The notes below the pieces were generated by a model, which was given only the letters and a program-made list of their open reading frames with translations, had not been told where the DNA came from and did not search any database. DNA of 24,011 bases, taken from a virus. Location of the stretch: the UHGV virus genome UHGV-0298230. One strand, 5' to 3'. The position numbers and the translations under genes are program-made. Positions 1-8,215 of the stretch are shown here, piece after piece (the first letter of the stretch is position 1; every line of letters starts with the position of its first letter).

Positions 1-25
1 AAATAAGCTCTTAAGCCGCGCCAAT

Positions 26-46
26 GGGTAAAATAGCGGGTAAAAT
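26..46 (+). repeat. Two tandem direct copies of the 9-mer GGGTAAAAT (26-34 and 38-46, 3-bp spacer); candidate integrase arm-type binding sites
   Basis: Exact 9-mer repeated twice; the same 9-mer recurs in both orientations at 236-280 on the other side of the putative core. Confidence 0.45.
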
Positions 47-104
47 TTTTTTCACATCTAAAAAACACCATTCCAATCAATCCCCTGCCGCTTCAAGTAG
101 ATGT

Positions 105-119
105 CTGCAGGGGACACCA
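105..119 (+). other. Candidate att core: CTGCAGGGGACACCA, resembling the 3' end of a tRNA (T-stem 3' half, acceptor 3' strand, discriminator, CCA)
   Basis: Ends in ...GGGGACACCA; resembles the 3' end of tRNA-Arg argW as I recall it; no matching 5' acceptor strand 60-90 nt upstream, so it is a fragment and not a complete tRNA; lies between the two 9-mer repeat clusters and just upstream of int. Confidence 0.5.
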
Positions 120-235
120 TTTATCAGTTCGCTCCCATCCGTACCAGTCCGCAAAATCCCCTGAATATCAAGCCTTCCGTAGATTCACAGTTCGTCATGG
201 TTCGCTTCAGATCGTTGACAGCCGCACTCCATGAC

Positions 236-280
236 GGGTAAAAAGTGGATAAAATAATTTTACCCACCGGATTTTTACCC
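236..280. repeat. Cluster of the same 9-mer in both orientations: GGGTAAAAA 236-244, GGATAAAAT 247-255, ATTTTACCC 257-265 (inverted), ATTTTTACCC 271-280 (inverted); candidate arm-type sites overlapping the int translation start
   Basis: Direct reading of sequence; the repeats end 1 nt before the int ATG at 281. Confidence 0.45.
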
Positions 281-1438
281 ATGCTCACCGTTAAGCAGAT
301 TGAAGCAGCAAAGCCGAAAGAAAAACCATACCGCCTTCTCGATGGTAATGGCCTGTACCTTTATGTCCCTGTATCCGGGAAAAAGGTATGGCAGCTTCGC
401 TACAAGATTGACGGTAAGGAGAAAATCCTGACCGTCGGAAAATATCCGCTTATGACTTTGCAGGAAGCAAGGGATAAAGCATGGACTGCGAGGAAAGACA
501 TCTCGGTTGGCATCGATCCGGTAAAAGCGAAAAAGGCTTCGTCTAACAACAATTCCTTTAGCGCCATTTACAAGGAATGGTACGAGCACAAGAAGCAAGT
601 CTGGTCTGTAGGGTATGCGACTGAACTTGCAAAAATGTTTGATGACGACATTTTACCTATCATCGGCGGCCTTGAAATTCAGGATATTGAGCCGATGCAA
701 CTGCTGGAAGTAATCCGCAGATTTGAAGATCGCGGTGCAATGGAGCGAGCCAACAAAGCCCGCAGAAGATGCGGCGAGGTTTTCCGTTACGCTATTGTTA
801 CTGGTAGGGCTAAATATAACCCGGCACCTGACCTTGCTGACGCCATGAAGGGGTACCGCAAGAAGAACTTCCCGTTTCTTCCTGCAGACCAGATCCCGGC
901 ATTCAATAAAGCACTGGCAACATTTTCAGGAAGTATCGTATCGCTCATTGCCACCAAGGTTTTACGCTACACTGCCCTAAGAACGAAAGAGCTTCGTTCC
1001 ATGCTATGGAAGAACGTCGATTTTGAAAACAGAATTATCACCATCGACGCCAGTGTGATGAAAGGACGCAAAATTCATGTGGTCCCGATGTCAGACCAGG
1101 TGGTTGAACTTCTCACTACGTTAAGCTCCATCACCAAACCAGTATCAGAGTTTGTTTTTGCCGGGCGCAACGATAAGAAGAAGCCAATCTGCGAGAATGC
1201 GGTACTGCTTGTGATCAAACAAATCGGCTATGAAGGTCTGGAAAGCGGTCACGGATTCAGGCATGAATTCAGCACGATTATGAACGAGCACGAATGGCCT
1301 GCTGACGCTATTGAAGTACAACTTGCACATGCCAACGGCGGATCTGTGCGCGGGATTTACAACCATGCTCAGTATCTCGATAAACGCAGAGAAATGATGC
1401 AGTGGTGGGCGGACTGGCTTGATGAAAAGGTGGAGTGA
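281..1438 (+). CDS. intS: Tyrosine integrase, P4/IntS-type (N-terminal DUF4102-like arm-binding domain plus C-terminal catalytic domain), 385 aa
   Basis: ORF 245..1438 begins with GTG; the first ATG is at 281 (MLTVKQIEAAKPKEKPYRLLDGNGLYLYVP...), a typical P4-family integrase N-terminus. The sequence matches my recollection of E. coli CPS-53/KplE1 IntS. C-terminal HxxR...Y-type region is present. Confidence 0.9.
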   Translation: MLTVKQIEAAKPKEKPYRLLDGNGLYLYVPVSGKKVWQLRYKIDGKEKILTVGKYPLMTLQEARDKAWTARKDISVGIDPVKAKKASSNNNSFSAIYKEWYEHKKQVWSVGYATELAKMFDDDILPIIGGLEIQDIEPMQLLEVIRRFEDRGAMERANKARRRCGEVFRYAIVTGRAKYNPAPDLADAMKGYRKKNFPFLPADQIPAFNKALATFSGSIVSLIATKVLRYTALRTKELRSMLWKNVDFENRIITIDASVMKGRKIHVVPMSDQVVELLTTLSSITKPVSEFVFAGRNDKKKPICENAVLLVIKQIGYEGLESGHGFRHEFSTIMNEHEWPADAIEVQLAHANGGSVRGIYNHAQYLDKRREMMQWWADWLDEKVE

Positions 1439-1590
1439 TCCACCTTAACCACTATCGAAGAGCACAAAGCCTTGCAATCCAGCGCAACGCTTTGTGTGTC
1501 TCAGTTTTGTCTCATCAACCATAGCAAGTATCGATCGATTGAGACTTGGATGATAGACTTCATGCCTTTCAGAATTCATTGATTAAATAA

Positions 1591-1953
1591 ATGTTAAAGC
1601 TATTTGCAAAGTACACCTCGATTGGCGTGCTGAACACACTTATACACTGGGTGGTTTTTGGTGTATGTATCTATGCCGCGCATACCAATCAGGCTCTGGC
1701 AAACTTCGCAGGTTTCGTTGTGGCTGTGAGTTTTAGCTTCTTCGCGAATGCAAGATTCACATTCAAAGCATCGACTACAACGATGCGCTACATGTTATAT
1801 GTCGGGTTCATGGGAACACTGAGTGCAACTGTTGGATGGGCTGCTGATAGATGTTCACTTCCTCCAATTGTCACTCTCATCACCTTCTCAGCCATCAGTC
1901 TTGTGTGCGGTTTCGTCTATTCAAAGTTCATTGTCTTTAGGGATGCGAAATGA
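1591..1953 (+). CDS. gtrA: GtrA, bactoprenol-linked glucose flippase (120 aa, 4-TM small membrane protein)
   Basis: Size, hydrophobicity and sequence ([24 protein letters not shown]...) typical of GtrA/YfdG; stop overlaps the gtrB start (ATGA at 1950-1953). Confidence 0.9.
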   Translation: MLKLFAKYTSIGVLNTLIHWVVFGVCIYAAHTNQALANFAGFVVAVSFSFFANARFTFKASTTTMRYMLYVGFMGTLSATVGWAADRCSLPPIVTLITFSAISLVCGFVYSKFIVFRDAK

Positions 1954-2873
1954 AGATATCTCTTGTAGTTCCTGTCTTCAATGAAGAAGAAGCAATACCA
2001 ATTTTTTATAAAACGGTACGTGAATTCGAAGAGTTGAAGCCATACGAAGTGGAAATTGTTTTCATAAATGACGGCAGCAAAGACGCTACGGAGTCAATTA
2101 TTAATGCTCTGGCTGTTTCAGATCCTCTAGTTGTTCCGCTGTCATTTACACGAAACTTTGGTAAAGAACCAGCATTATTCGCAGGGTTAGACCATGCAAC
2201 AGGCGATGCTGTTATTCCTATTGATGTTGACCTGCAAGACCCGATTGAGGTTATTCCTCATCTGATTGAAAAGTGGCAAGCAGGTGCCGATATGGTGCTT
2301 GCTAAACGATCTGACCGATCAACGGATGGCAGACTGAAGAGGAAAACCGCCGAGTGGTTCTATAAGCTACATAACAAAATTAGCAACCCGCAGATCGAGG
2401 AAAACGTTGGTGATTTCCGCTTGATGTCTCGCGAGGTGGTGGAAAACATTAAGCTCATGCCAGAGCGCAACCTGTTTATGAAGGGCGTGCTGAGCTGGGT
2501 TGGCGGACGCACCGATGTCGTTGAATATGCACGAGCAGAACGAGTCGCAGGCAGCACTAAATTTAACGGATGGAAACTGTGGAACCTTGCCCTTGAGGGG
2601 ATAACCAGTTTCTCAACATTCCCGCTGCGCATGTGGACTTATATCGGATTGTTCGTTGCTGGAATTGCTTTTCTTTATGGTGCATGGATGATTTTTGACA
2701 CGCTTGTATTCGGCAATGCTGTTCGTGGATATCCATCGTTATTGGTCTCCATTCTTTTCCTTGGAGGTATTCAACTTATCGGTATCGGTGTACTTGGTGA
2801 ATATATAGGAAGAATTTATGTGGAAGTAAAATGCAGACCACGATATATTTTAAAGAAAAAGGAACAATCATGA
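1950..2873 (+). CDS. gtrB: GtrB, bactoprenol glucosyltransferase (GT2 family, 307 aa)
   Basis: N-terminal GT2 motifs ([10 protein letters not shown]..., DGSKD, D-x-D region) and two C-terminal TM helices; classic position after gtrA. Confidence 0.92.
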   Translation: MKISLVVPVFNEEEAIPIFYKTVREFEELKPYEVEIVFINDGSKDATESIINALAVSDPLVVPLSFTRNFGKEPALFAGLDHATGDAVIPIDVDLQDPIEVIPHLIEKWQAGADMVLAKRSDRSTDGRLKRKTAEWFYKLHNKISNPQIEENVGDFRLMSREVVENIKLMPERNLFMKGVLSWVGGRTDVVEYARAERVAGSTKFNGWKLWNLALEGITSFSTFPLRMWTYIGLFVAGIAFLYGAWMIFDTLVFGNAVRGYPSLLVSILFLGGIQLIGIGVLGEYIGRIYVEVKCRPRYILKKKEQS

Positions 2874-4141
2874 ATAGCATAAACACAAACAGAATATTTT
2901 TGTTTTTGATTATATTTGTTATATGTTTCATCATATTCTGCATGCGTCGTCCTGATATTATTTCACACCCTCAACTATGGGCAGAGGATGGACGGGTATG
3001 GCTTGGTCAGGCTTATGCATTGGGCCCTCTGAAATCTATAATTTTAGTACAGGATGGTTACTATCAGACAATTTCAAAACTTGTTGCGACATTCTCCATG
3101 CTGTTCCCATTATATCTATCACCTTTTATTTTCACTGTTATTGCATTATCGATAAGATGCGTAATAATAACCTTCATACTATCTAATAGATTCAAAAGCG
3201 TTTCTATATATCCAAGAATATTAATTTCAATCTTCATTTTAACTATGCCACACCTTGAAGAGGTGCATGCCAACGTAACCAACACTCATTGGTATATGGC
3301 AATATGGCTATTCTTGGTGCTGGTAGCAGATAGAACTGATGGATTATATTGGAAAGCACACGACTTTTTGGTGATGGTTGTGGCTGGCCTAAGTGGGCCA
3401 TTCATTGTTTTTTTAGCTCCTGTTGCCTTACTAAGAATTACAAACGGAGATATTCTAAAAACTCCTATCAATGCAGTAAAAAATGCATTCAGAAACTTAA
3501 ACTTATTCTACATAACTTTCGCAATAGTGTGTTTAATTCAGATAGCCGCGATACTTCTCTCTTCTAAAGGCTCTCGACCGACCGCGCCACTTGGTGCAGG
3601 TGTAGGGATTTTGATGGATATACTATCCTCCAGAGTATTCCTTGGCTCATTTCTTAGTGAGAGCTTATCAAGAAAGGTGTGGGATCTGCATGCTTTAAAT
3701 TACTTTGTTTCTTTATGTGGCCTATCAATTAGTGCATACGTGCTATTAAAAGGGAACTGGAAAGAAAAAGCATTAGTGATTTTTCCTTATCTTATGTTGG
3801 GATTTGCCCTTGCCAGACCAGTCATTGCAAGAGACCAGCCTCAATGGCCTCTCTTACAAATAGGACCAGGACAAAGGTATTTTGTCATACCGGCCATATT
3901 TTGGGTGTCGATACTTCTAGCATTCACTAATATGCTTCATGGGCATGTAAAGAAATTAGCATTTTGCATAGTGGCTTGCTCAGTAATTATATCTGGAATT
4001 GTTAGCTTTAAAATTGAAAAAAGACCTAACAATGGATGGATACAAGAGGCATACAAATATGAGACAGCAGAGCCAGGGAGTCGCGTGAAAATGCACACAC
4101 TACCACACTCAGGATGGTATTTAGATATAATAAAAAAATAA
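2831..4141 (+). CDS. Serotype-specific O-antigen glucosyltransferase (GtrC-type polytopic membrane protein), 436 aa; alternative start at 2870 (423 aa)
   Basis: Highly hydrophobic multi-TM protein directly after gtrB; visibly AT-rich compared with flanking genes, as is typical of type-specific gtr genes. ATG at 2870 overlaps the gtrB stop (ATGA) and has AAGGAA 6 nt upstream, so it may be the true start. Confidence 0.8.
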   Translation: MQTTIYFKEKGTIMNSINTNRIFLFLIIFVICFIIFCMRRPDIISHPQLWAEDGRVWLGQAYALGPLKSIILVQDGYYQTISKLVATFSMLFPLYLSPFIFTVIALSIRCVIITFILSNRFKSVSIYPRILISIFILTMPHLEEVHANVTNTHWYMAIWLFLVLVADRTDGLYWKAHDFLVMVVAGLSGPFIVFLAPVALLRITNGDILKTPINAVKNAFRNLNLFYITFAIVCLIQIAAILLSSKGSRPTAPLGAGVGILMDILSSRVFLGSFLSESLSRKVWDLHALNYFVSLCGLSISAYVLLKGNWKEKALVIFPYLMLGFALARPVIARDQPQWPLLQIGPGQRYFVIPAIFWVSILLAFTNMLHGHVKKLAFCIVACSVIISGIVSFKIEKRPNNGWIQEAYKYETAEPGSRVKMHTLPHSGWYLDIIKK

Positions 4142-4142
4142 G

Positions 4143-4170
4143 TTAAGGGCGGTATTCGCCCTTAATTTTA
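4143..4170. terminator. Bidirectional rho-independent terminator between the convergent gtrC and tailspike genes
   Basis: Perfect hairpin TTAAGGGCG-gtatt-CGCCCTTAA (4143-4165), flanked by an A-run upstream and TTTTA downstream; sits between stops at 4139-4141 (+) and 4168-4170 (-). Confidence 0.75.
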
Positions 4171-6060
4171 TCTAACTCTTGTTATCATAAAGTCAAAATC
4201 TGCATCAGCCAAGTTGCCAGAGTTATCAGTGGTCACGATCCTGATGGCTGTTGTGCTTGGCTTGCCTGCATATAGCACCTTAAACCCGTTAGTTTTAGTA
4301 CTTGCTACTACCTGAAAGTCATTTACTGTTGGTCCATATAAGAAAGCGCTATCAATTGAATATACCCCTGTGGATTGTTTTGCTATTGTTAAATAAGATG
4401 GTGCATACGCAACACCTGCCGACGTTACACTTCCAGAAATCACCGATGAAGTGCTTACCGTAGATATAGACTTGCTTATGTCCTCACTAAAATGACAGGT
4501 ATCCATTCCATTTAAAGTCATATAAGCACCTCCTGAGATAAATGGTCTCGAAGCGCTAGGTATGTATCCAAAAGCTGTTTGAGTAAAAAAATGACACCCA
4601 TTAAGGTTAACAATGACACGCCCACCACCAGTGCTTAACGCTCTAATCACATATGTACAATAACCGCCTGATGAATTCCCCCTTATAAATGTGCATGAAT
4701 TGATATTTACAATAAGAGGTGAAGATGTCATGTTATTAACCTGAATGTCTGATATTCCTTGATTTGCTTCAAAATAGCAATCAGATATATTTATCACAGA
4801 CATTGGTTCTTTAGCTCTTAGGTAAACACCTCCTGTACCAGTATCTCCCTGAGTTCCATTACCCTCAAAATTGCAGTTGTTTAGATTTATCCTTGTGCCT
4901 ATCTCTCCTTCAATTCCAAATTTTGAGTTACCACTAAAAACACCATTTATTTTTAGTGCGTTAACTGTGCTGTTTGTTCCTCCGTTGATGTACATACCGT
5001 AGTTATTATATTGAGAGTTAATTCTGTTAAATTCACTGGTAAGAACTCCTGTTATTACCAAGCCTGAATTATTTCTTACGAGATACACATCCTCAACTTT
5101 TAGGTATGCAGCATTGCTTAACCTTAATCCAACTCCAGAGTTACCAGTACCATAAACAGTGAAATTAGATAACTTCATACCGCTATGCACACCCTGCCCG
5201 CCCCCTTCTGAATTACCTATATACTCAAGGAAATCATTGCCATTGGTGTTAAATGCAGTATTCGCCATTGACTCGCCAGTAAAGTCAAACCTCTTACTTT
5301 TTCTTCCCATTACAGGAAAATTTGATCCAGAGTGGTTTACTGTAACTTTTGTGGTAGAATTGTATTGCCCATCCTTAATTTCTATACCTCCAGTACCAGT
5401 ATTAAGCATATTTTGAATAGCAGGTGAAACCTCTGTTCCAGATTTCACGCCAAACCATGAAGCCATTTTTGCGCCATTATATGAACGCTTCCAGCGACGG
5501 CCTACTGCATCAATTAATACTGTTCCATCATCATCTTCTGTCGTTGTATCATCTGAATCAAGGAAGAACCATCCTTCTCCTCCATCCTGATTATGTTCTC
5601 TTCCTACGCATTTTATTTGCGTTCCAGAAACGTTAGATGTCCTTATTTGTTCATAAGTCGCCCCAACAATATAAGATTCACCATCAACTGCTGCTAATTT
5701 GTTTATGAAAGCTGGCAATGCCTGATCGGGGTCATACTTCAGCACATTAGGAAAATAGAACTGCTGCGTACCATACGCATCATAAACAGCCATAGAATGG
5801 CCTTGCACGGTAACGAATTTGGCAATCTGTCCGTTATATACAGGGTAACCAGCCGCATTAATGATGATTGGTTGCGAAACAGGAACGTGAGAACCATCTT
5901 CGTTCTCTACATAAACCTGAATCTGGTTTTCAGGATTTACCGGGTCAGTGTCAATTTTACCGATATAAATTTTGCCATTGGCAACCGCTTTAAAAGAACG
6001 CGCCATAGTGAAGAGTTGCGAAGGCATACTCACTACAACATTGGCTGTAATGTCTGTCAT
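4168..6060 (-). CDS. Tailspike protein (630 aa): conserved P22-type N-terminal head-binding domain plus parallel beta-helix receptor-binding/O-antigen-cleaving domain
   Basis: N-terminal ~113 aa ([43 protein letters not shown]...KYDPDQ) closely resembles P22 gp9 head-binding domain; remainder has beta-helix-like repeats ([33 protein letters not shown]). Confidence 0.9.
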   Translation of the reverse strand: MTDITANVVVSMPSQLFTMARSFKAVANGKIYIGKIDTDPVNPENQIQVYVENEDGSHVPVSQPIIINAAGYPVYNGQIAKFVTVQGHSMAVYDAYGTQQFYFPNVLKYDPDQALPAFINKLAAVDGESYIVGATYEQIRTSNVSGTQIKCVGREHNQDGGEGWFFLDSDDTTTEDDDGTVLIDAVGRRWKRSYNGAKMASWFGVKSGTEVSPAIQNMLNTGTGGIEIKDGQYNSTTKVTVNHSGSNFPVMGRKSKRFDFTGESMANTAFNTNGNDFLEYIGNSEGGGQGVHSGMKLSNFTVYGTGNSGVGLRLSNAAYLKVEDVYLVRNNSGLVITGVLTSEFNRINSQYNNYGMYINGGTNSTVNALKINGVFSGNSKFGIEGEIGTRINLNNCNFEGNGTQGDTGTGGVYLRAKEPMSVINISDCYFEANQGISDIQVNNMTSSPLIVNINSCTFIRGNSSGGYCTYVIRALSTGGGRVIVNLNGCHFFTQTAFGYIPSASRPFISGGAYMTLNGMDTCHFSEDISKSISTVSTSSVISGSVTSAGVAYAPSYLTIAKQSTGVYSIDSAFLYGPTVNDFQVVASTKTNGFKVLYAGKPSTTAIRIVTTDNSGNLADADFDFMITRVR

Positions 6061-6135
6061 TTAATTTGCTCCAGATACAAGGAATCGCCGCAGCGTGGCT
6101 ACGGTTGGTATTTGTTGCATACCGAAACGGTACGA

Positions 6136-6164
6136 TTGTTGATTTGTACAGTAGGTTTTACGAT
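6136..6164 (+). promoter_or_regulatory. Candidate sigma70 promoter for the second mnt-like gene (-35 TTGTTG 6136-6141, 17-bp spacer, -10 TACGAT 6159-6164), adjacent to palindrome TACCGaaaCGGTA (6120-6132)
   Basis: Hexamer match and spacing only; weak. Confidence 0.3.
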
Positions 6165-6192
6165 GCCATTCCACCCATTTGGTGAGGCATTG

Positions 6193-6450
6193 ATGATGTA
6201 CAGCAAATACGATGAGGCGCAGTTCCACTTGAGGCTTACGCACGAGTTGCACGCCAAGATTAAGCAACGTGCAAAAATGAATAACAGGTCTATCAATTCC
6301 GAAATTGTGGCTACGATGGAAGAATCGCTCTCCAAACCATCACCTGTAAGCGGGTATCGTGATGAAGAAGAGAGGCTTGCCTCATTAATCTCGGAACGAG
6401 TAAAAGAAGTTGCGGCTGATATTCTTAGAAAAGAAAAAACCCGCGATTAA
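6193..6450 (+). CDS. mnt: Mnt-like ribbon-helix-helix repressor (Arc/Mnt family), 85 aa
   Basis: Sequence MMYSKYDEAQFHLRLTHELHAKIKQRAKMNNRSINSEIVATMEESLSKPSPVSGYRDEEERLA... closely parallels P22 Mnt as I recall it (…NGRSMNSE…SKPSPVTGYRNDAERLA…); SD GGTGAGG 6 nt upstream of the ATG at 6193. The long ORF 5797..6450 in the track is an artefactual N-terminal extension antisense to the tailspike. Confidence 0.8.
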   Translation: MMYSKYDEAQFHLRLTHELHAKIKQRAKMNNRSINSEIVATMEESLSKPSPVSGYRDEEERLASLISERVKEVAADILRKEKTRD

Positions 6451-6458
6451 GCGGGTTT
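6437..6458. terminator. Hairpin terminator AAACCCGC-gattaa-GCGGGTTT between the convergent mnt-like gene and the ant operon
   Basis: 8-bp GC-rich stem; on the minus strand it is followed by a T-run (TTTTTCTTTTC); the loop contains the mnt stop codon. Confidence 0.6.
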
Positions 6459-6464
6459 AATTGG

Positions 6465-6686
6465 TTAGTTATCAAAAAGTCCGTAAGTTTCTTCTTCTTC
6501 AGGTGTAAGGGGAAGAATCTCTACTCTATCTATAGATACCTTTTCAATGTACCCATGAGGTCTACTTAAAATTAAAGCTCTCTCATGCCACAGAACTCCA
6601 AGAATGTGATACCTTCCAGCATCTCCTTTTACCCTGGCTCTTCCTTTGATTCTTGGCGGCATAATGCCATATCTTTTCTTTGCCAT
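6465..6686 (-). CDS. Hypothetical small protein (73 aa), basic N-terminus and acidic C-terminus
   Basis: Start ATG overlaps the stop of the upstream gene (TAATG), indicating translational coupling; MAKKRYGIMPPRIKGRARVKGD...LTPEEEETYGLFDN; no family recognised. Confidence 0.55.
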   Translation of the reverse strand: MAKKRYGIMPPRIKGRARVKGDAGRYHILGVLWHERALILSRPHGYIEKVSIDRVEILPLTPEEEETYGLFDN

Positions 6687-7414
6687 TATGCAACATTGCT
6701 CCCATGAATCAGGTGTTGTAGTGCTTTAACACCCTCCGCATTGTAGCGGAATGCTTCCACCTGTTTGCTTGAATGCGCAGATTTATCCAAGAAGAACTTC
6801 CCGTACTGCTCAGTTTTGAGGTTGTTTGCGTTAGCAATGCGACCAATCTTGTTGGCCGTTACTCCAAGCTGCTCTGCAACCTCCCCTGCTGAGTAGTAAT
6901 GCTCTTCTATTGCCGGAAGAGGTATTGCATTAAAACCAACGAGCGGGTTGATTATACTTGCTGCCGCTGTCTGCTTTGCCTCCGGCGCAAGATTTGGCAT
7001 CAGATCGAACAGATTGGTAACAGCTTCAACCGTCATTTTCAATGTTCGCGCTTGACGATACTCAACAAGTCCACTCGCTGATTTACCGCTTTTAATGTGC
7101 GCTTCTTGCATACTTTCAAGTTGGTCTACCAGTGAGCGGCGAACGGCTTTTGACTCGCGAGCGGCAACTCGCAATGCTTGCTTGATTGACATCTCAATGA
7201 TAACCATCGAAGTTTTGTTCGCTTTTTGCACTACACTTTTTGTGTAGTGCTCTCCATCCAATTCATCTTCAATTTTCTCGATGAATTTGTTATTACGAAC
7301 CTCCGGCTCACCGCACTGTCTACGAGCCTGATTTACCATCTCAAGCAGGCGCTGGCTGTCAATGGTTTTATCCGTGACAACGGATCCGATGTTTGCTACA
7401 TTCTTAAAAGTCAT
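6686..7414 (-). CDS. Antirepressor-type regulatory protein, possibly Rha/ORF6N-like N-terminal region and KilA-C/ANT-like C-terminal region (243 aa from ATG at 7414)
   Basis: AAGGAA 6 nt upstream of the ATG at 7414; C-terminal ...YYSAGEVAEQLGVTANKIGRIANANNLKTEQYGKF resembles antirepressor KilA-C-type motifs; the ORF track start at 7501 is a TTG directly after the upstream stop. Confidence 0.65.
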   Translation of the reverse strand: MTFKNVANIGSVVTDKTIDSQRLLEMVNQARRQCGEPEVRNNKFIEKIEDELDGEHYTKSVVQKANKTSMVIIEMSIKQALRVAARESKAVRRSLVDQLESMQEAHIKSGKSASGLVEYRQARTLKMTVEAVTNLFDLMPNLAPEAKQTAAASIINPLVGFNAIPLPAIEEHYYSAGEVAEQLGVTANKIGRIANANNLKTEQYGKFFLDKSAHSSKQVEAFRYNAEGVKALQHLIHGSNVA

Positions 7415-7482
7415 TAGGCATTCCTTATGTGGTAGTAAGGGTGTGACATAGGCCGCCAGCAGCACACTGGCGGTTTTCTTTT
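7409..7482 (+). ncRNA. Candidate sar-like antisense RNA complementary to the start codon and SD of the 6686..7414 gene
   Basis: Plus-strand terminator CCGCCAG-cagcaca-CTGGCGG followed by TTTTCTTTT (7453-7482) lies in the intergenic gap of a minus-strand operon; candidate promoter -35 GTGACA (7374-7379), -10 TACATT (7397-7402); the transcript would contain UUCCUU, anti-SD to AAGGAA. Confidence 0.4.
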
Positions 7483-7501
7483 GCGCCGTCCTGTGCACCA
7501 A

Positions 7502-8140
7502 TCAATGAATCCATTCCTCGCCGCGAAGTTTTGCCAGCATTGGCTGAGCGTTCTTTACGACAAAATTGTTGGTATCAAGATTCTTCATTTCACGAAGAAG
7601 CGATTTCTTGGTTTCTTCTGACATGTAGCGAGTCTCATATGCAATATCGTAAATCCTTCCAGAAAGCTCAGAACCAATTTGCTTCATTCCTGGGTAGATG
7701 TGTTTGCACATTTGTTGACTCTTCTCCATCCACAATTGTAAGTAGCAGAGATTAACCAGCTCTTCGTCAGTAAACTGTTTTGCAATCGGTGAGCATTCTG
7801 CCTGCCGATCCAAAATATCCAGCACCCAGCGGCGGAACTCTTTGGCCTTGGGCGTAGAAGCAAACATCGCCACCAAGTGAGCGCCTCGGAGCGAGTAAAC
7901 TCTGACCGATTTGTTACGTAAGCTATTGTTTATCCCGTTGACCTTCATATTGAGGGTCAATGACATTGAGTCGGAAAATTCGTCAGCATTACGGGCATAA
8001 ATTTGGCTGATGGCATCAGTTTTTTTATAGCCGAGAGCCTTAGCTAGTTCGGCGGAGGTGAACCAGATAGACCCGCCCTCTGTTACAGGGTTAAAAGTGA
8101 ATCCTTGGAAGTTATAATCTGATTTTGCTACAATATTCAT
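7502..8140 (-). CDS. Antirepressor-type protein with Bro-N/AntA-like N-terminal domain (212 aa from ATG at 8140)
   Basis: AAGGAA 6 nt upstream of the ATG at 8140; N-terminal region (FNPVTEGGSIWFTSAELAKALGYKK...VRVYSLRGAHLVAMFASTPKAKEFRRWVLDIL) matches the Bro-N/AntA pattern; the track's longer ORF start at 8224 overlaps the arc-like gene and lacks an SD. Confidence 0.7.
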   Translation of the reverse strand: MNIVAKSDYNFQGFTFNPVTEGGSIWFTSAELAKALGYKKTDAISQIYARNADEFSDSMSLTLNMKVNGINNSLRNKSVRVYSLRGAHLVAMFASTPKAKEFRRWVLDILDRQAECSPIAKQFTDEELVNLCYLQLWMEKSQQMCKHIYPGMKQIGSELSGRIYDIAYETRYMSEETKKSLLREMKNLDTNNFVVKNAQPMLAKLRGEEWIH

Positions 8141-8215
8141 GTTAGTTTCCTTGGGTACGGTTACTGACATAGAGGCCCGGTTTGTGTTCGCGCACTTCCG
8201 GGCTTCACTATTTTT
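8141..8215 (+). ncRNA. Candidate sar-like antisense RNA covering the SD and start of the Bro-N antirepressor gene
   Basis: Plus-strand candidate promoters (-35 TTGGAA 8105-8110 / -10 TACAAT 8129-8134, or -10 TATAAT 8113-8118) inside the 5' end of the minus-strand gene; imperfect stem-loop 8173-8205 followed by TATTTTT (8209-8215) in the arc-ant gap; arrangement matches P22 sar RNA. Confidence 0.4.

Noticed and set aside
41-119. Possible complete tRNA gene ending at CCA (117-119)
   Set aside because: No 5' acceptor strand complementary to AGGGGAC and no D or anticodon arms upstream; only the 3'-terminal ~15 nt are tRNA-like, as expected for an att core
245-280. N-terminal 12-codon extension of the integrase ORF in the track (MDKIILPTGFLP)
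   Set aside because: It begins with GTG and is encoded entirely by the GGGTAAAA arm-type repeats; the canonical P4-type N-terminus starts at the ATG at 281
1437-1536. Dam/OxyR phase-variation switch upstream of gtrA
   Set aside because: Only two GATC sites about 96 bp apart and no obvious paired OxyR half-sites; insufficient evidence from sequence alone
5797-6192. Long plus-strand ORF (217 aa) overlapping the tailspike 5' end
   Set aside because: Only the C-terminal 85 aa (from 6193, with an SD) form a coherent Mnt-like protein; the upstream part is antisense to the tailspike and low-complexity
7415-7504. Bro-N gene and the downstream antirepressor-type gene are in the same frame, separated by a single TGA, suggesting a split gene or stop-codon read-through
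   Set aside because: A 29-codon open stretch is not statistically unusual; the downstream gene has its own SD plus ATG, and the gap holds a plus-strand terminator and antisense promoter, so two genes is the simpler reading. Resequencing or proteomics could resolve it
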